64,000 nt of DNA. Source: Eledone cirrhosa. Taxonomy: Eukaryota. The notes under the pieces were generated by a model. It saw only the letters and a program-made list of their open reading frames with translations, ran no database searches and was not told the origin of the DNA. The stretch lies in contig OZ024745.1 of NCBI GenBank assembly GCA_964016885.1, forward strand, positions 54,312,001-54,376,000. Direction: 5' to 3'. Below are positions 1-13,964 of this stretch, in pieces; within the stretch, counting starts at the first letter, position 1; each line of letters begins with the position of its first letter. A program made the translations under genes and the position numbers.

Positions 1-200
1 GGCATTTTGCTATCCAGAATCAATAAGGAATTATCGATTATTTCTTTATCCATGTGTCATGTCATCCATGAAACGTCCAAACTACTGCATAGGAGGCTCT
101 GATTATAGCCTCACACACATATATATACACATACTCACATGTCAATGCGCTCTACGTGTTTGTTTCTGTTTGTACGTGTTCTCTCTTTCATGTTAGGATA

Positions 201-203
<3 letters not shown>

Positions 204-258
<55 letters not shown>
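204..258. repeat. (TG)n microsatellite
   Basis: Pure tgtg run seen directly. Confidence 0.95.
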
Positions 259-262
<4 letters not shown>

Positions 263-1657
263 TGCATGTGGTCTATACTATACGGTTATCCAGAATTAAT
301 TATCCATATTGAAATGATATCTATGTAACCTGAAAATCCTATAAGATATCAGACTATAGGGAGTTGACATATGTTTGTAGAATGTCAACGTATATGTGAA
401 ATGTGAACATGAGAGTAGAGTACAACATATATAGATGAATAGATAATTAGATATATAGCTAGGGATAGAAAGGAACCATGAGAAAGCGAATGAGAGAAGG
501 AAGTAGAGGTAAGGTTTTAAGTATACTTATTTTAACGGCTAGGACCATTGCTGATTTTGAGCAAGTTTCGATCTTTTCTAGAGACCTAGAAGTATTCATT
601 TTAACATAGCTTTATTGGCGTGACTATATATCGCCATCAGTGAAATGTAGTTCAGTTAATCGAGCTCTTGCAACCGTTAAACAAATCTTTCTTAAATTCT
701 ACCATACTACATTAAACAGAAACCTAGAGAGTAGGATTGGGTTTGTGCAGCATCCTGTTGCATTCAGATCGGTAGGTGAAAGAATGCACTAGATTCTCTG
801 GTCGTCTAGTCATCTAGCATTAGTTCGTCTATGATAATTTCAGAGGGGGAAACAGAGGGAAATAGATGGATAGATAGTAACACTATATCATCAATTCGAG
901 ATGTTGTCATAATTCATTCATATCATTCATGATTAATATATTTAAACACCTTCATGTGCGTCAATTTTTTCTTATTACGAGTTCTAAAAGAAAGCATTAT
1001 AAAGTCAGAGCAGCATTAGATACTGACATCTTCTGAATTAATCAGGTCAATTTAAACTAGCGAAGCCCAACTAGCAAAGGATAAGGAGTGTAGATGTGAA
1101 CGAAGCACAGAAGGCCAACAAAACACAAATCAATTACACAATGCTTCTACTCTTCTTAGCATTAATCTAATTCAATGACGGCAAATCTAATATTGAAATG
1201 ACGAGAGTTGCATAGTGGAAGTAAATTAAGAGAGGGATTACGTGACATATAACATCAGCTCGGTTCATTGGTCAGTTGGTGCCTGTTCATTGACAGATTG
1301 TCTATGAGAGTTAAGTGTTTTAGTCTGAGATACACATAGAACACAAACGATATTATTTGAACGCATGGTATTTTAGCCGGAAGACTCAACACCTATCATT
1401 CGAGTGATGCACTAATCTCAACTGATTTTTAAGCGCAAAGGTTATGTAATAACTTCAGGGAAATATATACGTTTTCACTTTTTATTTCATTATCACAAAA
1501 GGAAATTAGTTCTTGGAGATATTTCATAAATCGATATATCTGTCTCCATCATGTAAAGGAAAATACGGTGTGGAAAACACAAAACAAACACACATTCTAA
1601 CATTTAAATGTCCAAATACATTCCAGTAAAAATGTTATACAATGCATACGTGTATTA

Positions 1658-2253
<596 letters not shown>

Positions 2254-4930
2254 TCATCATCACCATCATCACCGTTTTACGTCCGTTCTTCCACGCTAGC
2301 ATGGGTTAGACGGGTTGTCCTGTTGTGGGCAGTGTCTGGTCGGCTGACCATGCCTTGCTCATACAGGAACTGATCTGGCTTGATTTCTACAGCTGGATGC
2401 CCTTCCTAACACCAACCTCATTTACAGTGAGTGCTGGGTGCTTTTTCGTGGCGCCTACACGTCCACTTTACAGTGTGGGCTGGGTGCTGTTTTGCCGTGG
2501 CACCTCCACGACCACCTTGCGGTGGGGGGGGGGGGGGGGGGCATATCGTTTATATGCTTCAGCATGTACCCATGGGAGGTCGGGTACCCTGTATTACTGC
2601 GTGACGCCAGAAGTCACGGTCGTGTGTCATTGACTTTGAGAGGTGTAGTTGGGTAAGGTCGGCTTTTATCACCTCATCCCAAGTCATCTTGGGTCTCCCC
2701 ACTCCGCGGTTTCCATCAACTTCTAGTGCTCTGCACCTTTTTATGCAGCTGTCATCCTTCATACGCATCACATGTCCATACCAGCGTAACCGCCTCTCCT
2801 GCACGCAGCATTTGATTCCTCTTATGCTCAGTCTCTCTCTCAATTCATTTATGCTTTGTCGTTCACGTATATTACTGTTACACATCCATCGGAGCATGCA
2901 GGCTTCGTTTCTCTCTAATCTACGTAAGTCTTCCACCTTCAGCGCCCAGGTCTCACTACCATGCAACATCGCTGTTCGGATACACGCATCATACAGTCTG
3001 CCTTTCATTCTGAGGGAGAAGCCTTTTGCAGCTAGCAGTGGTAGTAGTTCCCTAAACTTCTTCCATCCCGTTCTTACCCTAGTTATTGTACTTTCTGAGC
3101 ACCCACCTCCGTTGCTAATTCGGTCACCTAGGTAGCAGAAGCTGTCTACTGTTTCTACAGGGCCCTCCCAGAGATTGGTGGTACTTGTTTCCTGTGGCTG
3201 TTTGCTTGCTGTTTCAGCACAGCTGCTGCATGTGAATCCTACATTCTTAATTAAGCTTCCTGAGATCCCGCTACATCTCTTGTGTACCCATTGTTTGCAT
3301 TTGGGGCAAAGAATGGAGTTCCTACCTACACCTTTCCTACATACTGAGCAAGGCCATTTCCCTGAGGGGATCTGGGTTCTGTTTTCTCGTCTACTTATAA
3401 GGACCTTAGTCTTTGTCATGTTGACTTTGAGGCCCTTTCTCTCTAGTCCCTGCTTCCAGGTTTGGAATTTATTCTCTAGTTCTACCATAGATTCAGCTAT
3501 GAGTGCGAGGTCATCAGCATACAGGAGTTCCCATGGGCATCCGGTCTTAAACTCCTCCGTTATTGCCTGCAGGACTATGATGAACAGGAGAGGGCTAAGA
3601 ACAGAGCCCTGGTGGACCCCAACCTGTACGCTAAATTCCTCGCTATACTCATTGCCAATCCTAACTTTGCTGACTGCTCCCCTATACATGGCTTGTACCG
3701 CTTTCACAAGCCATTCATCTACTCCTAGTTTTCTAAGAGCCCACCAGATTACTGCACGTGGAACTCTGTCAAAGGCTTTCTCAAGGTCGACAAATGCCAA
3801 GTAGAGTGGCTTACTTTTAGCTAGGTACTTTTCCTGTAATTGCCTCACAAGGAAGAGCGCATCAGTGGTGCCTTTCCCTGGAACAAACCCAAATTGCATC
3901 TCGTCTATATTCACCCGGTCCCTAATCAGCTGTGCTATAACTCTTTCTGTTACTTTCATGACCTGGTCCATCAACTTTATACCTCTATAGTTTCCTCTAT
4001 CTAGTGCATCGCCTTTACCTTTGTAGCAGTTGACAATGATGCTACTGCACCAATCTTTTGGTATGGCCCCCTCTAGTATTACCTGGTTAACGATACGTGT
4101 GGTTATAGTGTGACCTACAGACCCAGATGCCTTCAGCATCTCGGCAGCTATACCCGATGGACCGGTTGCCTTCCCTATCTTCATATCTCTGATTGCCTTA
4201 CTTACTACGCTGCCGCTGACTTGTACTGCTGGTCCCTCTATAGGGTCTACGTGGGGTAGGGTCTCTTCTTCCCATGCATTCTCCTCATTTAGTAATCTAT
4301 CATAATGACTCTTCCATGCATCTTTCTTCTCAGCACTTGTGAGGGCAAGCTCACCTTTATCATTCCGGATACACTTCTCTCCAATGACATCACAACTATC
4401 TCTGACACACTGCCTCGCAATCTTGAATACCTCCTGTTTCTGGTCCTCACGTTGTAAAACATGCTTGAATTTTCTATCCTCTGCTTCCCTCCTAGCTAAG
4501 TATACTTGTCGCCTAGCTTCCCTCTTGGTCTCTATGTAATGTACCCTGCTCCCCCCGTTCTTCCATTCTTTCCATGCCTGTCTCTTGGCCTTGACTGCTT
4601 CATCTACCTTATTGTTCCACCACCAAGTCACTCTCCTCCTGCTTGAGGTCTTACTCCAGCCACAAACCTCATCCGTCGCCTCTAGTAAGTTATTTTTTAG
4701 GAACTCCCAGTTCTCTTCTACGTTAAATGTCTCTATCTGTTCTTCTTTACTGTCGTAGGCGTTGAGTAAAATATCTTTAAATCTGTTACTGGTTGAGGGG
4801 ACTTTCAGCTTCCAGATCTTTCTTCTCCAGGTTGGCCTCTGTTTCAGGGCTCGTCTAGTTCTGACCGTGAGGTCGCTGACAACTAAGCTATGTTGGGATG
4901 TACATTCCTCACTAGGGAAGGCTTTTGTGT
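2254..4930 (-). mobile_element. RTE-clade non-LTR retrotransposon, 5'-truncated, inserted in a TA-rich microsatellite
   Basis: Uninterrupted RT ORF, ~290-nt 3'UTR and a (GAT/GGT)n 3' tail (catcatcaccatcatca on + at ~2255-2271). The 5' end is cut within the end of the APE domain. Confidence 0.92.
2559..4928 (-). CDS. RTE ORF (APE C-terminal remnant, reverse transcriptase, PHD-like Cys/His finger, thumb/C-terminal region); no native start
   Basis: Motifs NYRGIKL, QFGFVPGKGTTDA, AFVDLEKAFDRVP, GVHQGSVLSPLLF, LLYADDL, YLGD, RRLRWYGHVMR. The first 20 aa of the 2559..4988 ORF come from the flanking microsatellite. Confidence 0.9.
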   Translation of the reverse strand, partial: TKAFPSEECTSQHSLVVSDLTVRTRRALKQRPTWRRKIWKLKVPSTSNRFKDILLNAYDSKEEQIETFNVEENWEFLKNNLLEATDEVCGWSKTSSRRRVTWWWNNKVDEAVKAKRQAWKEWKNGGSRVHYIETKREARRQVYLARREAEDRKFKHVLQREDQKQEVFKIARQCVRDSCDVIGEKCIRNDKGELALTSAEKKDAWKSHYDRLLNEENAWEEETLPHVDPIEGPAVQVSGSVVSKAIRDMKIGKATGPSGIAAEMLKASGSVGHTITTRIVNQVILEGAIPKDWCSSIIVNCYKGKGDALDRGNYRGIKLMDQVMKVTERVIAQLIRDRVNIDEMQFGFVPGKGTTDALFLVRQLQEKYLAKSKPLYLAFVDLEKAFDRVPRAVIWWALRKLGVDEWLVKAVQAMYRGAVSKVRIGNEYSEEFSVQVGVHQGSVLSPLLFIIVLQAITEEFKTGCPWELLYADDLALIAESMVELENKFQTWKQGLERKGLKVNMTKTKVLISRRENRTQIPSGKWPCSVCRKGVGRNSILCPKCKQWVHKRCSGISGSLIKNVGFTCSSCAETASKQPQETSTTNLWEGPVETVDSFCYLGDRISNGGGCSESTITRVRTGWKKFRELLPLLAAKGFSLRMKGRLYDACIRTAMLHGSETWALKVEDLRRLERNEACMLRWMCNSNIRERQSINELRERLSIRGIKCCVQERRLRWYGHVMRMKDDSCIKRCRALEVDGNRGVGRPKMTWDEVIKADLTQLHLSKSMTHDRDFWRHAVIQGTRPPMGTC

Positions 4931-5509
4931 TATATATATTTATATATTTATATAAATACATATTATATATATTTATATATTTATACATATATATATATTT
5001 ATATATTTATATAAATACATATTATATATATATATATATATACATATATATGTGTGTGTGCCTCTGTGTATATGTCCCTAATTTTTGATAACACATGCAC
5101 ATATGTACAAAAAGAGAAATATAGATACATGTTGATGGGGAGTCTCATAAACCATTAGACTTTATATCCTAAGGGATATATCTGTCAAAAAAGATCTCTC
5201 TATATATATAACTGACACACTCAGACGTACCCACACATGCGCACACAAATACAGCTTACATGCAACTATACGCCCGCATACAAACACGTAGATATGATGT
5301 TAAACACATTTCCGTCATATTCCTTTCCGTGAATATATATCACTTTATGTGTACCTCTATTTACGTATGTATGTATGTATGTATGTATGTATGTATGTAT
5401 GTATGTATGTGGGTTTGTGAGGCGGGTAGTGTACTAATCAACAAGTGCAGAGAACTCTATAAAAGTCGAAGAGCTATATAGTTACACTATATATCGACGG
5501 AATACCTCC

Positions 5510-5554
<45 letters not shown>

Positions 5555-5625
5555 TGTATGTATGTGTTGTGTATATATATATATGTATTTGTGTGTGTAT
5601 ATATTTATATATATATATATATATT

Positions 5626-5697
<72 letters not shown>

Positions 5698-6657
5698 AGT
5701 GCGTGTGCGTGTGTGCGTGTGAGTATATGTGGATGGCATATATAATGTGCTTAGCAATTTGTTCGCTGTTAAGCCCAGGATATTGGCTGGATGTAGGCAG
5801 CCCGCAAACGACAACTAGAGAGAGAGTGAATAGCAAGTAAAATGAAAGTGAGTGAAAAGATGACTGGCAAAGAGAGGAAGAGAGAATAAGAGAGTGTCTT
5901 TAATTATGCGTTTAACATTATTCTGCTTTAGGCAGGGCTCACAATTTTACTTTGAATATTGTGATAAAATAATGTCTTGCATGATAATTACATACAAAAG
6001 CTTTAATATTTTGCAAATAATATTGCAATATTTTTGTAAATATAATATCTTCATATTTAATAAACTATCATTAAAACGTTTGGCACTGCTGGAAAGTGCG
6101 GATCCCATCGATTTACTGTCATCAATCTTAACTGTTGAAGGAAATCGAAGAAATATATAATTTCATTACCGAATACCTCTTTTCTTTAAATATTTTCATC
6201 ATTGTATATTAATATTAAATTCATAATAGACAATAAAGAAAATAGGCAATGATGAAACCACATGCAGTTAAATACCTTTCGGAAACATGGATTAATATAT
6301 TGCCACCTGAGCACAAACCTAACCCACTTTGAAAAACATTTCATGCATTTCTACAGTTTCTGGTTTATCGAGCATGTTCAAATGTATTTATCCTTAGTAT
6401 ATATGGTTGGATTGAAGAACGAAATTATTCAATACTGAAAGAATTTCTTGTTATCGTTCTTGAATTAATGCTTATAGCAGTAAATGGATAGGTCCCGTGT
6501 TCACCTTGAGTGTCAACCGTTCAATGAACCAAAAGACAATAGAAAATATAATAAGCAAAACAAATGTCATTTTTGATTACAGAAGTGTTTATATTATATG
6601 CTTGTATATCGTTATTACACATCATTTTTAGCGGATGACATGCATTATCACATTTAC

Positions 6658-6870
6658 GGTGGATTGGCAGTATCGGTAGGTTGGGCGTCATGCTTTGCAG
6701 CAAAGAGTTACGGCCCTTTATGATCTGAGTTTTAATCCCGCCGAGGTTAACTTTGCCTTTCATCCTTATGGGGTCGATAAAATAAAGTACCAGTCACGCA
6801 CTGGGGTCGATTTAATCGACTGTCCATACCCCAAAATTGCTGGCCTTGTGCCTATGTAAGAAACCATTAT
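6658..6870 (+). mobile_element. tRNA-derived SINE, full length
   Basis: A-box-like tggcagtatcgg and B-box-like gagttttaatccc (gagttcaaatccc in other copies). 16-bp TSD cattatcacatttacg at 6643-6658 and 6865-6880. At least seven related copies in the window. Confidence 0.88.
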
Positions 6871-7329
6871 CACATTTACGAATTATTGGTATCGGTATTT
6901 TTGCTAAAATCAATGTATGATATGTATTTGTTCTGCAAGATACTTGATGTGAAATTGTGTGCTGAAACCGATATTGTTATGTTTGAGGATGGTTATATTG
7001 TCTATACTGCCAATAGAGAGAAACACACGCACCATATAAGTTTCACTTTATCTTTATTGTTCGTTATTCATTTGATAATCAAAGTTCTTTTGTTACACAT
7101 TCTGTGACTTCCTCAATGATTATCTGTTTTATGAGTCCTTTTTTTCCTGGTCTTAAACTTCTACTATATCTCGTCTTTGTTTTTTTTTTGTGTGTTTCGT
7201 GTCCGCATACGTTTGCACCTGCATCTGTGTGTGCGTGTGTGTATATGTGTGTGTGTGGGTGTGTGCGTGTCTGTGTGTGCGTGTGTGTGTGTATACATTT
7301 TTTACTACACGGGTACACGAATAAATATA

Positions 7330-7510
7330 TAATTGTTTCTACTTTTGGCACACGGCCAGCAATTATCCCAGTGTATTACTGGTACTTTATTTTATCGATC
7401 CCGTAAGGATGAAAGGCAAAGTTAACCTCGGCTGGATTTGAACTCAGACCATAAAGGGCCGTAACTCTTTGCTGCAAAGCATGGCGTCCGACTCTCTACC
7501 GATACTGCCA
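7330..7510 (-). mobile_element. tRNA-derived SINE, same family
   Basis: Reverse complement of the 6658 copy (gaaaggcaaagttaacctcggc...gaactcagac...gatactgcca). Confidence 0.85.
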
Positions 7511-7512
7511 TA

Positions 7513-7638
7513 TAATTGTTTCTACTTTTGGCACAAGGCCAGTGATTATAACAGTACATTACTGGTACTTTATTTTATCGACCCCGTAAGGCCGAAAGGC
7601 AAAGTTAACCTTTGCCTTTCATCTTTACGGGGTCGATA
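7513..7638 (-). mobile_element. 5'-truncated SINE with a fold-back inverted 5' segment
   Basis: SINE 3' part on the minus strand, then the orientation switches at gaaaggcaaag-ttaac-ctttgcctttc. Confidence 0.8.
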
Positions 7639-8157
7639 CTATTAATTGTTAGTATTCAATTTGTCGTTGTCGTATGTGAGTCTAAAAAATATTTGTTTCC
7701 AAATATATTATATCAAGAATAAAAAGTATTATATTCTTTTCTCCTCTACTTCTTCATCTTATTTATATTGTCTTTGTCTTAGTCATTTCATTTTTTTTCA
7801 TTTCCTTCTCCATCTTCTGTCCGTTCTTTTTCTTTGTATTATTAACACCTTTTTTTTGCTGTCCTTAGAAATCTTCAGTTCTGTGAATGTGTGTATGTGT
7901 GTATGCGCGTGTGTGTGTGTGTGCGTGCGTGTGTGTGTATATGGTTGTACGTATGTGTGTATGTGTGTGTATGTGTGTGTGTGTGTTTGTGAATGTGCGT
8001 ATGTGTGTGTATGTGTGTGTATGTGTGTGTGTGTATTTGTGTGTGTGTGCGTGTGTGTGTGTGTGTGCGTTAAATAATTCTATTCTCTTTTCTATTTGAC
8101 AGCGTTTTCATTCTTGTTTTTTTTTCTTTGGCATTTCTTCCAGCCTCCTCATCCCCT

Positions 8158-8250
8158 CTCTTCTTCTTCTTCTTCTTCTTCTTCTTCTTCTTCTTCTTCT
8201 TCTTCTTCTTCTTCTTCTTCTTCTTCTTCTCATCATCATCGTCATCATCT

Positions 8251-8312
<62 letters not shown>
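8158..8312. repeat. Compound (TCT)n-(CAT)n-(CTA)n microsatellite
   Basis: Seen directly. Confidence 0.95.
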
Positions 8313-8313
<1 letters not shown>

Positions 8314-8885
8314 GTTTTCACGAAAAAGAAAATCATACACACACGCACGCTAACAAAATAAAGGAAAGACCTCCATCTTCACTCCACCACATTTAAAGAT
8401 TTCTATGCCAAAATGTTATAAAACTTTCACAAGCCTGTGAATGGTTATACTATTTCTCACCTTTCTCTTTCTTAGTTAGTAACAGATTCTTGATGATGCC
8501 AGGTTGGCAGCATTGGCGATATTCTTTGGTTTCCAAATAATATCTTTCTTGGACAAGAAATGTATTATTCTAATGCAATGCCTGTACGGAATCATTCGTT
8601 TTTCTCATATCACGTATTCGGAATTGGTATTCCGTCACTGGAACTGTATATGATAGCTTTTTTACGTTTTAGTCAAGACGTGTAAGATGCATCGTATTCA
8701 AACTAGACAAGGAATGTACAGAAAGGTAACTGAAAGTTATACTTTTAGACAGGACTCCCACTAAATGAGTCACTCCTACCTTTACAGACAGAGATATTCA
8801 CACACATGGATGCATACATTCAAAAGTACACGACACATTCATATATAATTTCATACTCAGGCACACGCACAAAGCAAACGCCGAA

Positions 8886-9065
<180 letters not shown>

Positions 9066-9069
9066 GTTG

Positions 9070-10300
9070 TCTTGAAGAAGTATCCCATGTGGTTACTCAG
9101 GGAAAAACTGCACTCTTTCAGTTTTCGTACAATGATGAATTTATAATACAAGTCAGATTGATTTGAAGATGTTTCTCCGTTAGCAGTTAAATATTCGCTT
9201 CACTGTTTTACTTTTTGGCCTGATTCCTGCCCTTTCTTCTTTCCATTTAAGACTGCTTAGCAGAACTCTTAGCAGTACCTTACTGGAGTAGCTAATTAGA
9301 CTGATGACTTTGTAACTGATAGAGTCTTCAATTACCATTCCTGAGAATGAGTATCATCAGTCATTGAGTCTAATTCTTTTGCCACTGCTTCGTTTTCCAC
9401 GTAACTGTTAGTGACTTGATGAGCTTTGAACCTCTATGTTTCAGAGTTTTGATAAGATGTCATACACTACTGATAATTTTGCGTCATCGAGCATGCGCAC
9501 TGTCTCTTCGACCACCCGCTGGAGAATTGTAATACTAATTTGGTGGATTTAAATAGTTTGTGGTTATAGTGGTCTGAGTATGGCGAAGACCAACATCTGA
9601 TAAGTCCTGCCTGTGGGAAAGTTGCTTGTTTTGTCCTTCATCACAGTGGCAATGGGTTGCTTTGATTTCGTTAGCATTTTGAGGGTATCATAAACAGTTT
9701 TGCTGTTTCCCTATTTATATCTCCTTTGCTGATTGTTCATTGGTCTGTTATCCACTTCTCTATTGCTTTCCTCATTTCCATCTTCACCTTTTCATTCATA
9801 GTGATGTGCGTTTTCACATGATAATTTAGATTTTTTTCTGTTCTCATCTTAAATTTCATAGATTCAGGGTATCATTAGTGACCCATGGTTCCTATTTCCT
9901 TCTTTGATCTTGCTGTTACATGTATAGTGATGAAACTGAAGAACACATGTATGGAATTGATGAGTGAGATCATTCTAGTCCTCTTAATGTTTGGTTCAAA
10001 TCCCGCCGAGGTTAACTTTGCCTTTCATCCTTACGGGGTCGATAAAATAAAGTACCAGTAATCTACTGGGTAATTGCTGGCCTTGTGCCAAAAGTAGAAA
10101 CAATTATTGTATCACAGATTTTGATTTTCGTCTATAGTTGTTTCATTAAATACAGTCAACCGGATGTCAGCCAGTCATAAAATATTTCATGTGTATCTGG
10201 CAAGTTCTTGTGTAAATTCTTTCGTCCTTCCACAAGAGTAAAGGGCTTTAAGATTCCACGTCACAAAAAAACAGTATTTTGTTTGGAGAGATTGTTGTCA
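9070..10300 (-). pseudogene. Heavily decayed RTE(BovB-like) LINE with APE and RT remnants, interrupted by a SINE
   Basis: Manual minus-strand translation gives TWNLKALYSCGRTKEFTQELARY (APE N-terminus, ~10190-10265) and SYKVISLISYSSKVLLRVLL...EERAGIRPKSKTVKRIFNC (RT domains 1-2, ~9180-9320). Many stops and indels. Confidence 0.7.
9993..10108 (+). mobile_element. 5'-truncated tRNA-derived SINE
   Basis: ggttcaaatcccgccgaggttaactttgcctttcatcc...ggccttgtgccaaaagtagaaacaattat. Confidence 0.85.
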
Positions 10301-10439
10301 ATGTGGGTGCCCTTATCTTTTCTGCTGTTGCTGTTGCAATAAAGGCACATTGGGTACCTTTATTCAGGATATAGGCTGTAGAGAATACGGCCATTCGTTT
10401 TCCAGTATTTGACTGATCCGGTGTGATATTTCTCTCTCG

Positions 10440-10512
<73 letters not shown>

Positions 10513-10540
10513 CTCTCTCTCTCTCTCCCTCCCTCTCTCT

Positions 10541-10606
<66 letters not shown>

Positions 10607-10609
10607 ATC

Positions 10610-10968
10610 AAGAAAAAGAGATGAAATCGAAAATGCAACTGGAGTCTTATTTAAAAAAAAAATATATATTTATTTGGTTCCTTTACCGGTTTCGCAGTTC
10701 TTCTGCTTTTCAAAAGGTGAGTTGAGATGGAGGGTCTGTGGTTTTTCTCACATCAGATGTGAGAAAAACCACAGACCCTCCATCTCAACTCACCTTTTGA
10801 AAAGCAGAAGAACTGCGAAACCGGTAAAGGAACCAAATAAATATATATATTTAAAAAAAAAATAAGACTCCAGTTGCATTTTCGATTTCATCTCTTTTTC
10901 TTTATACTTTCACTCGTGTAGGACACCTCGGTTATTTTTCATTTTGTAAAAAAAACCCTCACTTTCTA
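10610..10968 (+). mobile_element. Palindromic hammerhead-bearing element, family B (PLE pLTR-like)
   Basis: Inverted repeat 10610-10902 centred on 10755, followed by an unpaired tail to ~10968. Flanked by (TA)n on both sides. Confidence 0.75.
10793..10830 (+). ncRNA. Minimal type I hammerhead ribozyme, U3-A8 core variant (mirror copy at 10680-10717, minus strand)
   Basis: CCTT-TTGAAAA-GCAG aagaa CTGC-GAAA-CCGG-TA^-AAGG: stem I CCTT/AAGG, stem II GCAG/CTGC, palindromic ACCGGT stem III, predicted GUA cleavage after 10826. Confidence 0.72.
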
Positions 10969-10994
10969 ATATATATATATAAATGAAAGGTATA

Positions 10995-11042
<48 letters not shown>

Positions 11043-11094
11043 CCAAAGTTTATATGGTTCGTTGATATTATTCAACGAATACAATTTTACAATA

Positions 11095-11589
<495 letters not shown>

Positions 11590-12439
11590 CTTAGATTATC
11601 TAAACGAGACAGGTAGGGTATATTTGATAGAAAACATATCTGCACGCAAACAAAGGAAGCCATACTGAATATAATTACTCAAGAGTGAATACCATGTTTG
11701 CAAAGTTTTTGTCATTCAATCGATGAAGTTTTGTGCTCTTTTGCTCGTACGATGCCTTTTCACCATGGTTCAGTCGCTGTACTCTCACACTTTTCTATGT
11801 TACTGTTAATGCCGATCGCTTAGCCTTCGCAGACATGGGAATAGGAACAAACTTGATTACATATAACATACGTAATCGTACCAAAGCAATAGAGTGAATG
11901 TAAACATTATTGATTTTACTAGCTTTATAAATCCTTCGGCAAGTCAACTCCATTTATGAGGTTACAATTATTTTAACACTTCGTAAATAACCGACTGAAA
12001 TACAACTAACGGACATATCGACTCTTGGTTCCTTTCATAAATGTAAACAATTCTACGACCCTCTTTGATGTAACGGTTTTACATATTCTTCAGTGATTCG
12101 AATTAACTTTTATCCATCGAATTATTCTGGAGTTCGGGTTGTACTTAAATATATATGTACGGCACACCGAAAATTTGTTCAGATTATCCGCAAATAGTAT
12201 AACTATGGTTCAGATAACCGGGAATTGACAATAATTTAATCAAAACTGCGTATTTACTAGTGTCATGCATGAGTTATGTATTTCGAAAGTTTAGGCTGGG
12301 AGAGATTCAGTTTCTAATGAATTTTATACTGTTTATCTTTTGTATTTACTACTTTTTTCGTGCTTGTGCTTGTATGCAACAACATATTCTCAGTCATTAC
12401 ACACATACACACACATACACACCCACACACACACGCACC

Positions 12440-12474
<35 letters not shown>

Positions 12475-12779
12475 GGTTACATTGAAGTTTACCAATATAT
12501 ATCGTTGATGCTAATCAGTAACCTTAGTCCAGTAACCGAAAAAGTCTAAGGCAGTTTTTAGCCTTAGTAAATTTTGCTATAGACTGTTATGTCACGGACT
12601 GCAGAACGCTCTCTCTCTCTCTCACACACACACACACATACACACACTCTCTCTCTCTCTCTCTTTATATATATATATATTATGTGTGTATGTGTGAAAC
12701 CGGTGTGTTCGACGCTTTTTGGTGTAAACCGGTGGCAAAAACCGGAAATATAAGCACTCCATAAATAAGGATCGATAAA

Positions 12780-12965
12780 ATAATTGTTTCTACTTTAGGC
12801 ACAAGGCCAGCAATTACCCAGTGCATTACTGGTACTTTATTTTATCGACCCCGTAAGGATGAAAGGCAAAGTCAACCTCGGCGGGATTTGAACTCAGACC
12901 GAAAGGGACGTAACTATGCTGGAAAGCATGGCGTCCGACCCTCTACCGATACTGCCAATCCACCT
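12780..12965 (-). mobile_element. tRNA-derived SINE, full length
   Basis: Same family as 6658. TSD taaggatcgataaaataat at ~12766-12784 and ~12972-12990. Confidence 0.88.
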
Positions 12966-13565
12966 TGATCTTAAGGATCGATAAAATAATAGCAGATAGA
13001 AGTAATTACTTGGTTCCATATGATAAACAAAACTTTCTGAAGACATCATGATCGAGTAAATTTGTTAAACAAACTTAAATTCAACTGACATATATAAATA
13101 AATAATAGTTTATTTAAAATTCCGAATACTGAACTCGAGGCAATCAGTCATTCTGATAAACATAGCTGCCAAATCTGTACCTTATCCTACCATACCCTCT
13201 TAAATGAAAACAGCAAAGTTATATAACGAGATGCGCGGTGCATACATATTAAATAAAAACAAAATCTCAGATGGAACAATGTCTACTCAATCGCTGGTGA
13301 TATTGTCAACAACAACAACAACAACGACATCGTCTCCACTTCACTCCACTCAACTCATCAGTTAACAATTTCAGGAATTTCGGATTGGATTATAGCTCAT
13401 AATTGAAGAAGAGACATTGTAAGCAGGCTGTTATTTCATAACTCTACGAAAACATGGATAAATATAATGATGTTAATAATTATAAATGTTCAATGCAGCA
13501 TCACAAGATTATGTATAAAATGATTAGAAATTTTACAAATACATTTGTACCAGAGCAGGCACCCA

Positions 13566-13566
<1 letters not shown>

Positions 13567-13644
<78 letters not shown>

Positions 13645-13645
13645 A
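13567..13645. repeat. (TCTA)n microsatellite with no Tx1 insertion
   Basis: Seen directly. Confidence 0.95.
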
Positions 13646-13925
13646 TATAATATGTGTGTGTGTGTGTGTGTGTCTGTCTGTCTGTGTATGCGTGTGCATT
13701 TTATCTTTTAATAGCCTCCACATACACATATACAAATATCTGTCTATGTGTCTGCTAACAATGTATATAGGACATACAACACTCCCATATATATATATAT
13801 ATAAGTTATTCCGGGTTGAATCGAAGGTAACCACAGTAAGTATAAATGGGAAATCATCAGGAATGATTTCGCACGAATGAAACAGTTCTAGTCCTGTAGA
13901 AGCTCTTCTATATTAATATATATAT

Positions 13926-13959
<34 letters not shown>

Positions 13960-13964
13960 CTGTA

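Noticed and set aside
300-1650. Possible host exons in unique-looking sequence (also 8400-8800, 11600-12300, 24450-25050)
   Set aside because: No ORF with recognisable motifs or supportable splice structure. Small exons cannot be excluded without transcript data.
2689-3804. Plus-strand ORFs of 148 and 209 aa, and the antisense ORFs over the Tx1 elements
   Set aside because: Antisense shadows of retrotransposon coding sequence.
6658-6745. tRNA gene
   Set aside because: A/B boxes belong to a multi-copy SINE head with TSDs and there is no intact cloverleaf.
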